A DNA stretch of 59,968 nucleotides, counting the filler, from Stramenopiles sp. TOSAG23-2 (Eukaryota): assembly GCA_900128395.1 (NCBI GenBank). It is 6 parts of 6 records of this genome, joined end to end, with 100 filler letters (N's around TTAATTAATTAA, not from the genome) between each part and the next. Parts side by side here need not be neighbours in the genome. Positions count along the whole stretch, not along the records: positions 40,101 to 50,013 come from LT650063.1; positions 50,114 to 59,968 come from LT650064.1; 4 more parts are not named here. One strand, 5' to 3'. Positions 43,301 to 55,329 of this stretch are shown here, one piece after another. The notes under the pieces were generated by a model, which worked only from the letters and a program-made list of their open reading frames with translations, was not told where the DNA came from and searched no databases. Each line of letters starts with the position of its first letter. Position 1 is the stretch's first letter. The position numbers were made by a program, and so were the translations under genes.

Positions 43301-46300
43301 GGAAGTTCTATGTTTTTAGATGCTACAACGTATTTAAATATAATTCTTACGTGGAACATGAAAATAAAACCAGAACTTGCTTCGCAACCGATCAACGTAC
43401 CACTTCGAACGTTTATGAGCTTGACACCATTGTTAAAAATGTTTGAAAATATTTTGTGGAATCCCGTAAAACAGACATTTTCAGATTTTAATGCAATCTA
43501 CAATGGAGAAGATTTTACGATGAAACTCAAAATGTTAATAGATTCTATGGAAAAAGTAAATTATATTCATTCCTTTAGAGAAGAAATGGAAGATGTAATT
43601 GAACATGAAGTTAATCGTCAGAAAAAATTGTATGATATATTCAAACTTCAACTCAATCTATCGCAAAAAGCATGGGATGTAGAGGAGGAAACTATGGCAT
43701 TGCATGTAAGGAAGCTGAGAGAGGCATATAATTTTCGAATGCAACGTGGAAGTACAATAGCAAAGCTTCTAGTTGCTTTTATCAGACAGCATGAAAAAGA
43801 AATTTTTACGCAAAATGGGAAAATAATTTTTGTCTTGGTGTTTTGCTTGACCATATCTTGCCCTTTAGTATTTATGTCAGTATGTATTTTCAATCCATAT
43901 TTAGCCACATTGAATGTCTTTGAAGCAAATGCATGGGAAGTTTCTGTAGATATCTTGATACTAGGTGTTTTCTTGCTGTTGTATAACATGACATGTATAA
44001 GCATCTTCAAGTCAAGACGTTACATGCTTTCGATATGGCATGTTATGGGAACGTCTATATGTTTTACGATATTATTATATTTTTGTCGTTGGTTTAAAAT
44101 ATTTTCAAGCAACAGGCGCTTTGTCAATTCCGTAAATTTCGTTAGTGCCTACATCCCCATTTCAATGACAACGACCTTAGTTTACGGAGTTCAGAAAGTA
44201 GATTTAGAGATGAAATATTTGATTATTGCATCTATATTTATAGCATATACATTTGCAGTTAACCACAATAGCAATGGATATAGTATTGGAGTGAGTGAAT
44301 ACGTCTTGATAGGTTCTGCAACGTTCATTACAATGATAATTTCTTCTAGTTATACAGAGAGCGATGAGTCTATTGAAACTTTGCATATGCTTTTAAAGGA
44401 ATCATTTTATCTGATTTTATTGCCGCTTTGCTGTTTTGCAATAGTATTCAATACACTACAAATGACCTATTTGATCATCATACCGGTATTATTGCTGGGA
44501 ATAGCTATATTCAAAAGGCATAAAAAAAATATACATGTTAAGGCCATTTTGCAACTTCCAGAAGCAGGTTCATGGTTTGGCCATGTTATGCTAAGTTGTG
44601 TTGCGGTTGCTACCATATCTTTGTCATCGCAATATTCTATAGGATCCCGTAAACCGGGGTTAATGTTACTAATATTTGGGGTATGTATTATATATGTGTT
44701 TGGATTCATTATTCAAAAAAAAATACCACAGTATTTCATGGCAATTATTTCATGTATATTTTGCCTATTACCTTTGCTTATCGGCGTTCTTTGTTGGTTC
44801 TTTGCAACACGTTTAAATTTTGATGATACATTGTTTTTTTCCGGTGTAATTGTTGCATTAATATTTCCACTTTTTGCATTATATATGATAGTAAAATCAA
44901 TTGTTGAGGACATCCTTGGAAAGAATAAGACAAGCTCAAAACTGATATCAACATTCTCGTTTGCTTGTTGTGGAATGTTTCTTCTACCATTTGGTATAGT
45001 ATTACCTTTTTTTGTTTCATTGGATATTTACAACGACGTCATTTATGCAAGATTGTTTCTAACAGCTATAGGGACACTGGCAATACTATATGTAATCAAT
45101 ATTGCATTTGGGGCAGCATTAGCTAATAAGCAGGTATCAAACATGGAAAAAGAAAAATTTTTCAAACAATGTGTTAAAAAAATATCCACTTCGCTGCGAA
45201 AAATAAATGTACATTGTCATGAAGATGTCGGCAGGCTTGTCGCGGAGTATGTATATGACACCCCCGATGACAGTTTGAAAAAAGCTATCATGGAATGTCC
45301 CCTCTTTGTAATATTTAGCCACACTCACCACGATCAAATTAAAGATCCACATACATTTGGAATAAAAACAGTTTTGTGTAGTAAGTGCAAAGAAAAGAAT
45401 TTATATGCCAAAGCCCTTCCGTGGAAAAGATTTTGCAAACCGTGTGCCATGGAGCGAATATTTAAGAAAAACATTGAAAGATTGAATATGAAGGAAGAAG
45501 AAAAATATGCAAATGCAGAAAGAAAAGCACAATTGGAAATACAAAAACAACATGAGCAAGAAGTGGAAAGACGTAAACGCATGCAAGAAAGAAAAAAGTC
45601 CATCGAAGTGAATAAACTGATGAAAAGGAAAAAAGTAAGTTTTATTTTAAATGCTTACCATCAATGAAACTATGATGTGCATAACTTTGTTTACCTTTAA
45701 TAATAATTCTCCACTAACTTAAAATTTATCCACATGATTGCCAATTTTAGTTTAAAGAAGCCTTGATAATATTGAAAGAATTATTAAAGATAAATCCAAC
45801 AGAGGCAAAGTATTCTTACGATAGGAGCAAATGTTGTATGGCATTACGCAAGTTTAAAGATGCATTGCATTATGCTGATGCATCTGTTTCATTAGATCCT
45901 CATAAACCTCATTACTATTTGTTGAAGGTGTCACTTTTACTTCATTTTGAAGATTTTAATGGCGCGGAACGAGCAATTGCACAGGCTGAAAAGCGATGTG
46001 TCAATACGAAAATATTAAATGATGCAAAGGACCTTATTGTGTTATTTAAAAGTCATGACGGTGAAACTGGTAGTTGTTGTGGAAAGAAAAATTCGCGTCG
46101 CATGGCATTGTATCTGCTACGGCAACGGGCAGAGGAACGAGAAAGGCAAAAAAAAGCAGATGCGCAATATTCTAAATTGTTGAGACAAAAAGCACAAAAA
46201 GATGCAATGGAAAAACAAATATACAACATTCAAATTATTAAAGTAAATGATCTTCCAAAAACAGAAAAACGAAAGGCAATAGACTACGTTGGTGAAATCC

Positions 46301-49300
46301 ATTTTTCACGAAAAAAATCCATGAAGATAAGAAAACCGTCTGTGCTAGCGCCAGCAAACTTGATCTTGAAAAGGTGGATGATTGATGAAGAGAACGGTAT
46401 TCATATTGATATTGCCAGTCATCCAACTGAAAAAATTGACTTTTTTGGTTCGCATAAGATTAATCGATATGAATGTTCGCGAAGAGCACGTAACTGCGAC
46501 TTTTTAAAATTCAACCTTTTCAACGAAAATCACCTACCAACAGGCGTTACGATAACTATGCTTTTTAAAATTATAGATGTTTCATCTGCTTGCAATATCT
46601 TCCTTAGAAACCGACAATTAAATACAATGTATAAATGTTTCAATCAATGGCGTATTGTTCGCAGGCCAAAGCGATTAATATTACGAAGTATCTTAGAGCG
46701 TACGTTTCTTTGGTATACTGAAGAATATCACCAAAGTGCAACTCAAGGAGCTTCAAGTCCCATTAAAGTTTCAAATCAAATCAATCAAATACAAAATAAA
46801 AGTTTACAAGAAATCGAGATGGAATTACAAAAGATACGAAAACAGGAAAAAATGTGGTATGAACGATTTTTAAATTTTTATAAAGTTCATAATATCGAAA
46901 AAGCAAATGAGGAGCATATTTTGAAATTGATGAAAGTGAATGCGGGTCTTGAAGCCCGCGCGTTCAAAAAACTACACGGGAAATATAACGTACCACTTCC
47001 TGCTGACTTTTTTTTGGAACACGTTAACCATGAAAAGGCCGTTATTTCGCGCATTTCCCAGAAAAAAGTGAGAGAAATAGTAACAAAATCTAATGCAGCT
47101 AAAGGCATACTTGATCTTTTGATGCCAATGGATGGATTTTTGAAATTTCTTTCTGATGCAAAACTTGAAATTAATTCAGCTTCGTCTATCTTCATGAAAG
47201 AAGTAAGACAAATGTGGACGGCTGAAAGGGAAATAAAAAAATCTATAGCATGGAGTTCAGGAAAAAAATATGTGGAAGACCAGCGCAAACCTATCGGTCT
47301 TAACTTTCGCCATTTTTGCCGAGCAATATTACATATCTATATCACAATAAACAAGTATCCTAAGAAACGTTTGATATTTTTGTACACAAAAATTGCGAAA
47401 AAACACATTCAGAAACATTGCCCATTGTTTGAAAATAGGCGTAAAACGCTGAGTAGGTCTTTTATTGAAGACAGATGGAAGCAAACACATACAGTAAGCC
47501 TGGAGCAAAAGGCTGAAGAAGAGCATAAACTAATATTTGCTGTGAATAAAATGCAAAGAAATTGGAGAATTGTAAGACAAGAAAAGAAGGCAAGATCCGT
47601 TATAAAGCGTTTCCTTCATCGTGTTATGCAACATGAACGGGAAGCAAAAGAACGAGCTTATAAACTGGTAGAATTAGAGGACAATTTAGAAAACGAAGAT
47701 GAAAGTGCCGGGATGCAAGAAGAAAGTTTGCCGAAGAGAAATTTATGTTTAGAAGCGCTTATGAGATGGTTGGGTTTTAGTAGGGATGATTTAATAGTAA
47801 AAAATTCAGATGATAGTAGTGATGATAGCGACAGTGACGAGATTGAGGAAGGAAACCAATTAAATGCAATTGAAGGTGACTTAATATGCAAAGTTGACTA
47901 CATTGAAATCCGCAGTAAATCTGGAATCGTATACTTTGAGAATACAATTCTACCTGAAATTAGAATTGGACAACAATTTGTAATTACAGGAATCGAGAAA
48001 GGTCCTACAGAGACCAGTATAAAGGCTTTGAATGGTACTAGAAATTCTTTTGGTAAAAAACGTTGTTATAGAATCGATTCAATTGATTATTTAATGAATT
48101 CTATAACTTTCCTCCTATTTGGTAGGGTGATACCGCAAGGGCAATACAAAGCAAGTTCTATTAAGAACCAGTGTTCCCTTATAATTCATGAAACGATGGA
48201 ATCAGAGTTTTATGGCAATATATTAATCTTAAAACAAAAACGTATTCTTAGAGAAATAGCTGCAGAAAATACATCAAATGTTGTACAAAAATTTCGAGAG
48301 AAGTGGCGCAAGCACCATGAACACATGAAAGTAACCGTAAACTGGAAGAAACAAACGAATCGTTCTGCATTTTTAAATTCGTTTATTTTGCGTTGGTGGC
48401 AGTTCATGGCTATAGCTCTTCGATTTGGACCCTTACAAGTTGAGGAAAATTCGAATATTGAAAATATAGACGTTTTAAAGACAACTTTGAATAATACTGC
48501 TAATGTTACTGTCTCCAATAGGACTATAATACAAAATGCAGATCAAGGAAATCACGAGGAAATGTTGAATTGGCGTGATTTTATGAACACTCACCCATTT
48601 TTCAAGATGCTTTTAGTCGTAATTGATATTGTAACTTATATTCCACAATTTCAGCTACCACCTAGTTATGGCAATACGTTTCCAATTTTTTTCGGCATTT
48701 CCATAGCAATTTCAGTAATTTTCCCGTTTTATGTAAAACATGCATTAATGCGTGCAAAAATTGGAAAACTGGGAGTCGATGACAATGGCCGTATTTTGAA
48801 AGCTACGTCCAAAGAAGGGATATACATGGCAATATTGAACTACATCAATAATAACTGTTATTTTGGCATTATGACGACACTTTTTTCATCTTTTGCATGT
48901 TCATATAATCGTGAAAAGGAAACGTTTTATCTCTTGATAGACTATACCCAATCAACAACATGTTTTGATGCAAATTCAATTCACAGCATGTATATGGGGC
49001 TTGCTGCTATTGGTATCATTACTTTTTATCCACTTGCAACAGTGTTGATTCCTTCCTTCCAGTTCTCTGATAAAGCTTTAGATATTAAGTTTGATAAAGT
49101 TTTTATACTTGTGGAAAATCAATCAGATTTGATTATTATAATTATTTTCGTATTTTTAGGTAATAATTCGCTGCTTGTGCTGTCGGTGCAATTAGCTATT
49201 TGCCTATTTTTAGCATTACTATGTCACCACATGCACCCATGTTTAGCACCAGAAATGAATAAATACAAGACGCTGGTTTATCTATCTGCTGCATACGTTA

Positions 49301-49827
49301 CTGCAGATGCGATCCTGTTCATGTACATTCCTAATGTTGTTATTTACATAGCTATGTTAGCAATACTCCCGTTCGTTATAATTATTTATATCAAACATCA
49401 CCAGAACAAATGGAAAAAATCACCTAAAGTTTTACCAGAAGAACCTATCATTGACGACAAGCTTCAAAAGGAGAAGAAAAAATCCAAGAAAAATATTTCA
49501 TCGAATGAGAAAGTACATGATCAACCGATTGAAGAAGAAGTACGACCTGTAGAATTGGTTAGATCAAATGTCACACCGGATGCACCAATTACAGTTGAAA
49601 CAGAAAGGCACGAAGAAGGAATACGTGTTGTGAAAGATATTGTCATTTATATATGCCCAGAATGTCGATCTGAGGTAAACAGAAAAGATTGGATTAAAAC
49701 AAATTTGGAAAATAAATGTAGTGTGTGCATGGAAGACCAACGCATGTTTGTTTCAGCCACTTGTGGTCATGGTGTGTGTGAAAATTGTTTGCCAAAATTA
49801 AAATCAAAACTTGTTACGAATATTTAA
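40345..49827 (+). CDS. Giant (~3120 aa) multi-pass membrane protein with coiled coils, TPRs, IQ-like motifs and C-terminal RING-like finger; one intron (45635..45750) and one apparent +1 frameshift in a T7 run (41560-41566)
   Basis: Removing one T joins …YILFF to QIPATSVFLVIAG…. Phase-0 intron AAA|GTAAGT…ACTAAC…TTTTAG|TTT rebuilds a TPR (KRKK-FKEALIILKELLKINP). C-terminal CSVC…CGHGVCENC. Confidence 0.75.
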
Positions 49828-50013
49828 AACGGAAAAAATGATATATATATAACGATTATATAGATGTATATTTAATCAAAAAATTAATTTAATTTTTTAC
49901 TAATATTTGATATTACGAGCGAACTTGTATGATACTTCGTGTATGATATAAATTTAAAAATTAAGTTATGCATTTAATTAAATATATATTTATATATATA
50001 TATATATTATTTG

Positions 50014-50113
50014 NNNNNNNNNNNNNNNNNNNNNNNNNNNNNNNNNNNNNNNNNNNNTTAATTAATTAANNNNNNNNNNNNNNNNNNNNNNNNNNNNNNN
50101 NNNNNNNNNNNNN
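50014..50113. other. Artificial contig linker
   Basis: N44-TTAATTAATTAA-N44. Confidence 0.98.
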
Positions 50114-51651
50114 TTTAATATGCCATTTTTGTTTTTCCACCAGATTGCAACATTCAACACATACATTAATTTATATATATATATTACAAACAATTGCAAC
50201 GCAATTCACACAAAAAAAGGTGCAAAAAAGTGCTGGAGTGCACAAGTCATCATCATGTTGAAAAAAATCCTATTTTTGTGCAAAATACTCCCAGGTAATA
50301 CCATCAGGGAGGTAATACTAATACGCTATAAAATACCTGGTACCTTAACCTGGTATATAGTACCAAGTACCAAGTACCAGGTAAATTTAGATATTAAAGT
50401 TAAAGTGGCATTTTATATTTATTAGACTACCACCGTGGTAGTATGAATAGAGGTGTCCAAAATCTGAAAATAAAAAAAAACAGAGCATATAATGCTAATG
50501 GTATGTCCATGTATTAAAAATGAGTCACGCCTTGTGGTATGTCGATATGATCGCTCATTGAATCTAGACTACAATTTATGTGCATTTCGTAATTGTGCCC
50601 CTTTTATTTCGTTATAAATATGGATAATTCATATATATATATAACTGTATATATTAGACAGATACAGAGATATATCGATATATAGAAAGATTATCAACCA
50701 ACAATAACAACGACAACAAGAACATATTTTGTGGATACAAGCAATAGATTATATAATTTGTTTTATATATACATTGTACTATATATATATATTTCGTTAC
50801 AGTAATTTTAATGAATTTCTCCGTCAAATATCTACAATCCTTGAAGTCGTCTACAATCCTTCAAACATACAAAATCGTCCAGGTTATGTACAATACAATG
50901 CGATAGCTATATATACATCGATTGATTGTTTCTATATACATCACATGTATACTTTAACACACATCACATAAATGTGTGTTGTCTTTAGTATATGTTTGTT
51001 TTAAATTATACATGTGTGTGTATACAAAACAAGGAAAAGCGACGTACTTATTAGAGTATACAAAATGTAGGCCAATATGGTGTTTGGTTTTTAAGATTCG
51101 CAGGTATATACAGGTACATAGCATTAGTTTATTAAAATCTAGTTCGATAAATCCAAATATAGATTGATGATGAGAAATTTTTACCGAGTTCCGGAGTTTC
51201 CGGATTAACAGGTACACAGGACTGGTTATAAATCCGTTTTTTGTTTCTACTACACAACAAAAAATCTAACTTCTCACGCAATACTAATGCATAATGCACT
51301 AATAGTAAAAAACCATCTTCCTCTTTTATTAATCCTTTATAAAAGAATAATAATGTAGCAATTGGAGAAGGTGTGGATACAATACAATATATATTTATCC
51401 AATCCATACCCTCCTCTCGTATATTTCCTTTGTTCATTGTACGTATATACACAATACCATAACCTTTTGTTTGTAAATAATTATCATTTTTATTTAGTTT
51501 TTTTTCTAGCATATTTTCTTGTTGCTGTGCTCTTTTTTTTCTTTTTGCAACATAGGAATTCTTTACAGAGAAATCTATTATAGATTGGATATATAAATAC
51601 AATTTTATTAGTTTTGTCAATATAGTCTACGGCCATCTGTTTCAATTCAAT

Positions 51652-52764
51652 ATGAAGCGGAGTAATACAAATTTAGTATTGCCAACTATGGATGCATTAT
51701 TAGAAACATGGAAACCAACAAAAATTATTAAACGGTCCAAATCAATGAATTTAGTACAAGGATTATCACAATTTAAACATATGGATTATGTCAGCGAATA
51801 TAGTATTAAACCGCAAGATTATTCTAAACCAAGACGAACAGCAACTAATGCTGGATCATTTTCAAAAGCGGGGGAAACAATGTATAGATTAGAATCATCG
51901 AGAGGTGTAAGTTCACCAACTGTAAAAAATCAATTAAATAGTAGAAGAGCATCAATAAGTAGAGCTACAAATTTACAAGGGGGTAAGAAACGATTTATTA
52001 AAAAACGCCCATCTGCTGTTGAATTAAATAAAACAAAAGCAATGCTAGAATATAAAAAAATGATGAATTTTCAAGAAGAGGAAGAAAACAGGTTAAAATT
52101 ACAAGAGGAAAATAAAAAGAAGATGGCATTACGTAATAAAGGGAAACATGTGTCAGAAATAATACATGCTCAAAAACAAGAAGACATAAAAAAAGCAGTT
52201 GCAAAAGCAAAAAGACGAGTAAGAAAACGTGGAAAACAAAAACCATCCGTACCACAACAACTATTACCATTTGGAATTGGAAAAGCAAAAAATTCATGGT
52301 TTGATCAACATTTTAAACCAAAAGAGGAAGATGATGAAACATTGTACCGTGATAAAGTAAATTTTTTTTTAAGAATGCAATCAAAATCAAAAAGTAATAC
52401 AATAGAACAAGATTTAAGATCATGGAAAAAAGCATCACCATACATCGGATCAGTAGTTGAAAGGGGATTAGTACAACGAAAACGACAAGAAGTGGATTAT
52501 GATATGAATTTAGATATATTAAGATATCCAGCAGATCCTTCAGGTTCTTCCATTGCATCATTACTTAATAGCAACACAACACGTACATATAGAACAGCAT
52601 TTAATCCTTCCGTCCCTCGTTTGCATACGGATACACTTAAATATGATGGTCCAGGGCCAAATATGAGAATTAAACCTACATTTCATATTGATCGACCAAA
52701 TAGACCTAGTTATGCATTTATTGCTGCATCACGTGCAAAGGCACATGTGAATCCGATACTGTGA
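51652..52764 (+). CDS. Basic hypothetical protein with a C-terminal SHIPPO/STPG-like PGP motif (possibly ciliary)
   Basis: 370-aa ORF; AFNPSVPR…DGPGP…PSYAFIAASR resembles one sperm-tail PG-rich repeat. Confidence 0.55.
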   Translation: MKRSNTNLVLPTMDALLETWKPTKIIKRSKSMNLVQGLSQFKHMDYVSEYSIKPQDYSKPRRTATNAGSFSKAGETMYRLESSRGVSSPTVKNQLNSRRASISRATNLQGGKKRFIKKRPSAVELNKTKAMLEYKKMMNFQEEEENRLKLQEENKKKMALRNKGKHVSEIIHAQKQEDIKKAVAKAKRRVRKRGKQKPSVPQQLLPFGIGKAKNSWFDQHFKPKEEDDETLYRDKVNFFLRMQSKSKSNTIEQDLRSWKKASPYIGSVVERGLVQRKRQEVDYDMNLDILRYPADPSGSSIASLLNSNTTRTYRTAFNPSVPRLHTDTLKYDGPGPNMRIKPTFHIDRPNRPSYAFIAASRAKAHVNPIL

Positions 52765-53035
52765 CTTTAACTAGGACTTCGGACTTGGTTTTTGGATGGA
52801 CTAGAACTTTGAGCGTGGCGGATGCGATATTATGGAGTTTAATAAATATTAAGTAATATATTTTGTATAGTTAGAATAGTAATATCAATTAAAAAGTTTT
52901 TTTAAGGGTATGCAATCTTGCCAGCTTGGCTATAGAAAATTTTATTTTTTTTATTTTATAAAAAATCCTCCAAGCTCTTAATGCACTATCGTCTGCTCTC
53001 TGACACACGGGAATATATTTTCAGTTCATATCACG

Positions 53036-55219
53036 TTAATCCTCAAAATCGTCATCATCACCATATTCATCATCATCATCATAAACATCCATATCTTCTT
53101 TTTCTTCATTATTAAATATACCACTTTTATCTACCCGTGCATTTTTTTTCCAACCTTTTTTTTTACCATCATTCGATTTAAAAACTGCAGCTCCAACTTT
53201 TTCTAATGCAGCTCTACGTGCTTCTTCCTTTCTTTTTTGTAATTTATGTTGATCAAATAAATAAACTCTATTTTGTACTGCACGCTCTACATTTTCACGT
53301 AAAGTTTTTAAATTTGCTTTCATGGATTCTTGCGCTTCTCTCGCTCTTTCTTCTGGATCATATTGTTGTGCTTTAGGCATTTCATTTATGCGTTTTTGTA
53401 ATTCCCTTGTAATGACTTTTGACGTTTCTTTCATTTTTTTCTGTTTTTCATTTTCTAATTTTTTAGCATCTTCTTGTTTTTTCATTTCATCATGCATTCT
53501 TTTCTTAACTAATTCCTCGCATTTAATTGTTTTAGCAGTACCTCTAATATCTTGTAATGGTTGTGCTTTTAATTTCTTTGCTAATTCTTTTAAACGGTTT
53601 TCCTTTGCATGCTTCTTTTTCTCTTCCAATTCCATTCGTTTTTTAATTTTTTCTTCTTTTGCTTTCTTTTTTGCTTTTTCTTCATTAATTCTTTCCTCAC
53701 TTAAAAAACTAAATGGTTGCGGTTTCAATGCTGGTCTAGCTGCTTTTGCTTGTTGTATTTGCTCATTAAAACGTTTTTGAGATCGTTGAAAGGATGCTCG
53801 TAATTGATTTGCAGACATGGAAGATTTGCTACTGCGAGACGGTTGTTGATTGCGTTTACGTTCACGCTCTAATTTTTCTTGTTTTTTTCGTAATCCTTCC
53901 GTCATTTCCCATTTCTCCATACGTGCTGGCATAGATGCTGATGTCATTAATTTTTCAGCACGTCTAGCAATTCTAGCTTTACGTTCAACTTCTTTAGCTG
54001 CATTTAATTCAGCAGCACGTATTGCACTAGCAGCTTGTTTTGCATTTCTTAATTTCCTCGCTTTTTTCTTTGCTTCTGCTTCTGCTTTTTTCTTCTGCTC
54101 TGCTGCAAGTTCCCTTTGTCTACGCCTTTCTGCTCGTTCTGCTCTTTGTTTTTCCCGTCTCATCATGCCTGTAAATGGCTTTTCATTTGCTTTTAAACGT
54201 GCAGCAGCTGCTTCATGATTTTCAATTCGAATTGCTTCCATTTTTTCTAATAATGCTTCATATCGCCTTTCCGTCGTTGAGCGTGGTATAGGAACTGGTT
54301 TAAAACGTACTTTCATTTCTGCCATGACTGCATCTTCTTTTTCTTTTAATTCTTTTTCCAATTCAATTTGTGATAATGATTTACGTTGAATCGTTGCACG
54401 TGCTTCCAATCCAGCAAATGGTTCTGGTACTGTTTTACGGCCTTTCCATGGTCTTTTATCTTTGCTTTTCCTATTTTTATTATTATTCCTACTATTTGAT
54501 GGTGCCGTTTTCGGTCTTTTTTTATGCTCTGGGGATGGTGAACGGCTATCATCACGTATGTACGTATCACGAACTGCTTCCGCCCATTTACTAATATGAT
54601 TTGGACTACCCCTTGTTTTTGACTCATCACCATACCCTTCATATGGTTTCTTCCCTGAATATGCTTCTTCTAAAACTTGAGCATCTCGTTGAGCTTGTTT
54701 TTTTGATTTTTTAAGATTATCAATAAAATCATATGGTACACGTCCATTTTGTTGTGGTTTCAAACGCACAGGTGATGGTGAACCACGTCCATTGTTATCG
54801 TTGTCATTTTCATAATCATTGTCATAAACATCTGCAACTAATTCCAAATCTACATTATTTCCCCCATATGATGTAATTTCTTTATCTCGTTTTAGCGCAG
54901 GGCGAGATCTTGGTGTTATGGACCTTTTTAACGTTGTTGAATCGACTGGTGGTGCACCCCATGCTTTTAAATGTATATGTCGCTTACTATATTTTCTTTG
55001 TTCAAGCACACGACGTCTTGCATCTGCAATGGCAGCATCTTCTGCTTTTCTACCTTCATCATCTAATAGTTTAAAATGCGATGATCCAGTATTTGATATT
55101 AAAAAGCTTTCACCCATAGATATAGCTTCCTCCGGTGAACGTAACATTTTAGTTGCTTTTGATGGCACAGGTGCTTTACGCATATATTGCAGTTTCACTG
55201 CAAGTGGTTGACTAGCCAT
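53036..55219 (-). CDS. FAM161: FAM161-family (UPF0564) centriole/cilium inner-scaffold protein
   Basis: Motifs in FAM161 order: TVPEPF, FKPVPIPRST…YEAL, KPF, ERKARIARRAEKLMTSASMPARM, PQPFSF, VQNRVYLFD. Confidence 0.8.
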   Translation of the reverse strand: MASQPLAVKLQYMRKAPVPSKATKMLRSPEEAISMGESFLISNTGSSHFKLLDDEGRKAEDAAIADARRRVLEQRKYSKRHIHLKAWGAPPVDSTTLKRSITPRSRPALKRDKEITSYGGNNVDLELVADVYDNDYENDNDNNGRGSPSPVRLKPQQNGRVPYDFIDNLKKSKKQAQRDAQVLEEAYSGKKPYEGYGDESKTRGSPNHISKWAEAVRDTYIRDDSRSPSPEHKKRPKTAPSNSRNNNKNRKSKDKRPWKGRKTVPEPFAGLEARATIQRKSLSQIELEKELKEKEDAVMAEMKVRFKPVPIPRSTTERRYEALLEKMEAIRIENHEAAAARLKANEKPFTGMMRREKQRAERAERRRQRELAAEQKKKAEAEAKKKARKLRNAKQAASAIRAAELNAAKEVERKARIARRAEKLMTSASMPARMEKWEMTEGLRKKQEKLERERKRNQQPSRSSKSSMSANQLRASFQRSQKRFNEQIQQAKAARPALKPQPFSFLSEERINEEKAKKKAKEEKIKKRMELEEKKKHAKENRLKELAKKLKAQPLQDIRGTAKTIKCEELVKKRMHDEMKKQEDAKKLENEKQKKMKETSKVITRELQKRINEMPKAQQYDPEERAREAQESMKANLKTLRENVERAVQNRVYLFDQHKLQKRKEEARRAALEKVGAAVFKSNDGKKKGWKKNARVDKSGIFNNEEKEDMDVYDDDDEYGDDDDFED

Positions 55220-55329
55220 ATTGTGTTTTTTAATGTATATATGTATGTATTGTGTGCGTGTAATTCACTGTTTCAATAAATACTACTAATATATATGTAT
55301 GTTTAGCTCGTTCTCCATCTAAACGACAA

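Noticed and set aside
50700-51620. Minus-strand ORFs 51132-51620 and 50954-51217 as a spliced gene or pseudogene
   Set aside because: No recognisable motifs, and I could not build a consistent splice model; left unannotated.
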